Positions 16,007-19,176 of a stretch of DNA of 19,176 bases are shown here, piece after piece. Position 1 is the stretch's first letter. Every line of letters starts with the position of its first letter. The position numbers and the translations under genes are program-made. The notes under the pieces were generated by a model. The model saw only the letters and a program-made list of their open reading frames with translations. It was not told the origin of the DNA and did no database searches. This DNA comes from Candidatus Latescibacterota bacterium (lineage in GTDB: Bacteria > Latescibacterota > UBA2968): contig JAYODI010000076.1 of the NCBI GenBank assembly GCA_038279365.1, forward strand, positions 8,848 to 28,023, given 5' to 3'.

Positions 16007-16945
16007 TTATTTGGTCTTTTGAATTTCTTCAAGCAAACCTTGCATTTTGTGAATATAGGCGTCACGAACCATTTGAAGCGTTGCCCCCACCACATCAAGC
16101 CCCAAATCTTCTGCCATCTCCTCAATCAAATCCAACACCTCCAGCAACACACCACGCCTGCCCTTCTCTGCCAAATCATTGGACCAATAATTCACGGTAT
16201 TATGGGTCAAAATACAAACGTGTTTTAAGGGGACATCGTCACCTACTTGTCGCCCCACCTCTTGACGCACAGCTTTGGCAATTTCTTGAGCGGTTGCCCC
16301 TTCAATACGCACATCGCCTACCCCCGTCCAATGATCCGTGCGCATTTGGTCGCTTGTTAATGGCACTTCTACAAAATCCAAATTGCCAGCAATGTGCCGA
16401 AAGGCTTTGTGTGCAAAATGGACGTCTAAGCACGCATCTTTCCAACATGCCTTAAAACGTGGCACAGACCGCCCAGGCTGACTCACACTGCCATGAGTAA
16501 AACCCAATTGGGTTAAAACGCGAAACGTGTCATCATTGGCCGAAAAGTTTCCTCCACGAAAGGCCCGTGGTCTGTTTCCCAAACCATCGCCCACTTGCGC
16601 CAAAGCTTCTTGTAACATGGCATATTGCTCTTCTGCCGTATATCCCCCTAGATAATCGTGTGCTTCGACATCTAAATAATGATCTTTCCAGCACTGAGGA
16701 TGCATATGCAGACCTAATTCTGCACCCGTTTGGATCGCCGTCTTTTGTAACAACTGCCCTTGTTGAACCGCCGTGTCGGGTACCACAAAAAGGGTGGCTA
16801 AAAAATGACGTTCGGCAAGCACTTCGCAATAATTTTGTATCGAACGTGCCGAAAAAGCCCAATCGGGTGGTCCACCGGTTGGCGAACATGCATCAATGCG
16901 CTCCACATCCATTGTAAAACACACATACAAAGGCTCACGCCCCAT
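16007..16945 (-). CDS. Polysaccharide deacetylase (CE4/NodB-like) family protein
   Basis: FTMDVE, ATLFV, ELGLHMHP, AFRGGNF, EVPLT, LTHN. RBS GGGAG. Confidence 0.8.
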   Translation of the reverse strand: MGREPLYVCFTMDVERIDACSPTGGPPDWAFSARSIQNYCEVLAERHFLATLFVVPDTAVQQGQLLQKTAIQTGAELGLHMHPQCWKDHYLDVEAHDYLGGYTAEEQYAMLQEALAQVGDGLGNRPRAFRGGNFSANDDTFRVLTQLGFTHGSVSQPGRSVPRFKACWKDACLDVHFAHKAFRHIAGNLDFVEVPLTSDQMRTDHWTGVGDVRIEGATAQEIAKAVRQEVGRQVGDDVPLKHVCILTHNTVNYWSNDLAEKGRRGVLLEVLDLIEEMAEDLGLDVVGATLQMVRDAYIHKMQGLLEEIQKTK

Positions 16946-16956
16946 AACACTTCTCC

Positions 16957-18102
16957 CTAACCATTTAATGCCTGCTCAAAATCTGCACATAAATCATCGC
17001 CATCTTCAATCCCCACGGCCACACGAACCAACTTATCTGAAATACCCGCAGCCATTCTTTGCTCAGGCGTCATACCCGAATGCGACGTTTGAACAGGACG
17101 CGTAATTAACGTTTCAACCCCACCCAAACTGGGTGCCACAACGGACAACTTCAGCCTGGATAAAATGCGGTCTGTATCGGCAACATCGCCCACCATTTCA
17201 AAACTCAACACCCCACCACACCCTTGAAAAAGACGACTTGCACGTTCGTAATGAGGGTGGGTTTTTAAGCCAGGATAATAGACTTTTGCAACTTTAGGAT
17301 GTCCCTCTAAAAAGGTTGCCAATTGAAGGGCATTGGCATTTTGTTGTTTCATTCGCAAAACCAAGGTTTTGATGCCTCGGTGCAACAAAAAACAAGCGTG
17401 TGGATCTAAGGTTGCCCCCAAATGATTGAGCCGATGGGTCACGCGTGCAATCACATCCCGATTGCTCACAATGCAACCAGCAACAATATCGGAATGGCCA
17501 TTTAGGTATTTGGTGCAACTGTGAACAACCACATCAAAACCCATCTCCAAGGGTCTAAAATTCACTGGCGAAGCAAATGTGTTGTCAATGATGGCCAACA
17601 ACTTGTGTTTTTTGGCAAAAGCCACAACGGCCTCTAAATCTGCAACATCCAACAAAGGGTTGGTCATTGGTTCTACATAAATGGCACGCGTTTCTGGCCG
17701 CAACAATGCCTCCCATGAATCGGGAGCATTTCCTTTAAAAAAATCTACGCCTATACCAAAGTCTTTCACATCCTTGGTTAAAAAGGTCACAGTGCCACCA
17801 TACAAACAATCTTGGGCCAATAAGTGATCACCACTGCGTAAAACGGTTAACAATAGCGTTGTAATGGCCGCCATGCCGGAGGCGGTAACAACGGCGGCCT
17901 GCCCCCCTTCAAGGGAGGCCAATTTGGCATGTAACACCTGATGGTTGGGCGTATTGTTGAGCCGAATATATTTGAGATCGTGATAGTTGCTTTCGCCACC
18001 ATATTCAAATGTAGCACTTTGAAAAACGGGCAACACCACAGCCCCAGAAAAGCGCTGTTCTACTTCCCCTGCATGAATGACATCTGTTGCCATATTGCTC
18101 AT
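16957..18102 (-). CDS. Cys/Met metabolism PLP-dependent enzyme (cystathionine gamma-synthase/lyase or methionine gamma-lyase family)
   Basis: YIRLNNTPN, ASGMAAI, LYGGT, IDNTFASP, PLP-lysine motif HSCTKYLNGHSD, SLGGVETL, RVAVGIED. Start set to ATG 18102 (AAAGGGA upstream, downstream of the promoter). Confidence 0.93.
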   Translation of the reverse strand: MSNMATDVIHAGEVEQRFSGAVVLPVFQSATFEYGGESNYHDLKYIRLNNTPNHQVLHAKLASLEGGQAAVVTASGMAAITTLLLTVLRSGDHLLAQDCLYGGTVTFLTKDVKDFGIGVDFFKGNAPDSWEALLRPETRAIYVEPMTNPLLDVADLEAVVAFAKKHKLLAIIDNTFASPVNFRPLEMGFDVVVHSCTKYLNGHSDIVAGCIVSNRDVIARVTHRLNHLGATLDPHACFLLHRGIKTLVLRMKQQNANALQLATFLEGHPKVAKVYYPGLKTHPHYERASRLFQGCGGVLSFEMVGDVADTDRILSRLKLSVVAPSLGGVETLITRPVQTSHSGMTPEQRMAAGISDKLVRVAVGIEDGDDLCADFEQALNG

Positions 18103-18125
18103 GGATATCCCTTTCATTTTTGCCC

Positions 18126-18154
18126 AATATACACCGCCAGACAAACCACAGCAA
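18126..18154 (-). promoter_or_regulatory. Sigma70 promoter for the PLP lyase - deacetylase - isomerase - dehydrogenase run
   Basis: Minus strand TTGCTG (18154-18149), 17-nt spacer, TATATT (18131-18126). Confidence 0.6.
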
Positions 18155-18189
18155 AAGAAAAGCGGACCAGCATGAATGCCAATCCGCTT
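18153..18189 (-). terminator. Intrinsic terminator downstream of the 73-aa gene
   Basis: Minus strand stem AAGCGGAUUGGCA-uuca-UGCUGGUCCGCUU, with three G-U pairs that form only on this strand, followed by UUCUUUU. Confidence 0.75.
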
Positions 18190-18209
18190 ATATCGTCTTT
18201 AAACCCATC

Positions 18210-18431
18210 CTAACGCATCTGCCAACGCATGCGCGTTACTTCTCCATTGGAAAAGGTGAACCATTTGGTCCAATCGGATGTTCGCCCAGCAATACGCACC
18301 GTACAATCGACATGCAACTCACCATTGCCCTCTTTAACAGAATTATTACGCACCTCCATTCTGACCGTATCTTCACTGTAATGACTTTTTAAATATGCAA
18401 TGGCTTTGTCTTTTAATGCCTCTTCATTCAT
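18210..18431 (-). CDS. Small hypothetical protein (73 aa)
   Basis: ATG with GGAGG RBS, protein-like composition, lies between the beta-helix gene and a terminator. Confidence 0.75.
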   Translation of the reverse strand: MNEEALKDKAIAYLKSHYSEDTVRMEVRNNSVKEGNGELHVDCTVRIAGRTSDWTKWFTFSNGEVTRMRWQMR

Positions 18432-18461
18432 TGAGTGCCTCCATTCTTTTAAACAAGTCGT

Positions 18462-19175
18462 TCATCTTTCGATGTCCGTTTTTAAACCCACAAATTGATT
18501 CCCATCAAGTTGTAAATCAACGACATCAGATGCGATTCGGATACCAACGGTTTGTTTTCCCAGCCCAGTATCGGCTATTTTGCAATTGCTAATGATCACA
18601 TTACACGTCAAACCATGCATATCCACCCCAATACCAGCCCCCGTTTGACCATTGTCTTGAATCACACAATCTACAATTTCGTTGCGATGCCCCCCGCGAA
18701 AGTCCGTTGTGGGTTCGCGAAACAAAACCCCCACTTTTCCGTTGTGTTCTATGCTTGTATTCACGATGTGGTTGTCTGTATCTCGATGTCCAATTGAAAT
18801 GCCAAAATGATGGTTTTTAGAACAGACACACTCTGTTACCAAGCCATCGGACACGCCCCAGCAAAAGAAAATTCCTTGTGTGTTTCCAATGGCTTCACAT
18901 CCACGAAAAACGGGTCGTTGAGACCCACTGCCAGGATGAAACCCTCTGCTCTCATTATTTTCTGCCCTGCATTTTTCAAAATGGATATCATCACATACCT
19001 GAAAACTAAACCCATCTCCGTGATAATTGCGTGCCGTTACCTGACGAAAAGTAAATTGGTCACACTCCTGAATAAACATGGCACCTGAATAATTGCCATT
19101 GATTTCTTCATTTTCTGCCCAATTGCCATCCAAAATAAGATTTTCAATCTGCACATCACGCGTGCCAGCTTTGGC
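18462..19175 (-). CDS. Right-handed parallel beta-helix repeat protein (pectin lyase-like fold); 5' end lies beyond the window
   Basis: Frame is open to the right edge. IENLILDGN followed by ~22-24-aa repeats (NYHGDGFSF, NNESRGFH, GNTQGIFF, KNHHFGISI, HNGKVGVLF). Confidence 0.85.
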   Translation of the reverse strand, partial: AKAGTRDVQIENLILDGNWAENEEINGNYSGAMFIQECDQFTFRQVTARNYHGDGFSFQVCDDIHFEKCRAENNESRGFHPGSGSQRPVFRGCEAIGNTQGIFFCWGVSDGLVTECVCSKNHHFGISIGHRDTDNHIVNTSIEHNGKVGVLFREPTTDFRGGHRNEIVDCVIQDNGQTGAGIGVDMHGLTCNVIISNCKIADTGLGKQTVGIRIASDVVDLQLDGNQFVGLKTDIER

Positions 19176-19176
19176 C

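Noticed and set aside
8632-16917. Longer antisense ORFs (8632..9162, 12489..13052, 15440..15814, 15898..16455, 16567..16917)
   Set aside because: They lie opposite well-supported genes, with no RBS or domain motifs.
11172-18144. ORF-track upstream starts at 11172, 13196, 13231, 15150, 16001 and 18144
   Set aside because: Downstream starts (11244, 13271, 13225, 15114, 15977, 18102) have SD sequences and avoid overlap with promoters or neighbouring genes.
18103-18209. SAM riboswitch or T-box upstream of the Cys/Met enzyme
   Set aside because: No SAM-I or T-box consensus. The hairpin is explained as the upstream gene's terminator, and a promoter lies downstream of it.
1-19176. CRISPR array, tRNA/rRNA, IS or prophage, defence system
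   Set aside because: No regularly spaced DNA repeats, cloverleaf, or transposase/integrase/nuclease motifs were seen. The cNMP protein has no adjacent cyclase or effector, so it is not Pycsar/CBASS-like.

Overview
Bacterial window with two parts. The left part (1-8483) is a cell-envelope locus. A secreted protein with at least 4 CARDB repeats (minus strand, runs off the left edge, missed by the ORF track) is transcribed divergently from a three-gene operon: an NTT/TLC-like nucleotide transporter fused to HEAT repeats, a stand-alone cyclic-nucleotide-binding protein, and an orphan secretin with an unusual ~300-aa C-terminal extension. This operon converges, across a perfect bidirectional terminator, on a minimal, degenerate flagellin-like gene. 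The right part (8641-19176) is a small-molecule or carbohydrate metabolism region: three PhyH-family Fe/2OG enzymes (one a tandem pair with a ligand-less domain and an HxG, halogenase-like domain), two Gfo/Idh/MocA dehydrogenases, an alpha/beta hydrolase, a TIM-barrel isomerase, a CE4-type deacetylase, a Cys/Met PLP lyase, a 73-aa hypothetical protein and a partial beta-helix protein. Several sigma70 promoters, two terminators and a candidate structured leader RNA can be read from the sequence. The PhyH/Gfo-rich content is reminiscent of Latescibacterota or Poribacteria-like bacteria (inference only). I found no rRNA, tRNA, CRISPR array or mobile element. All family calls come from motif recognition by eye; no database searches were run.
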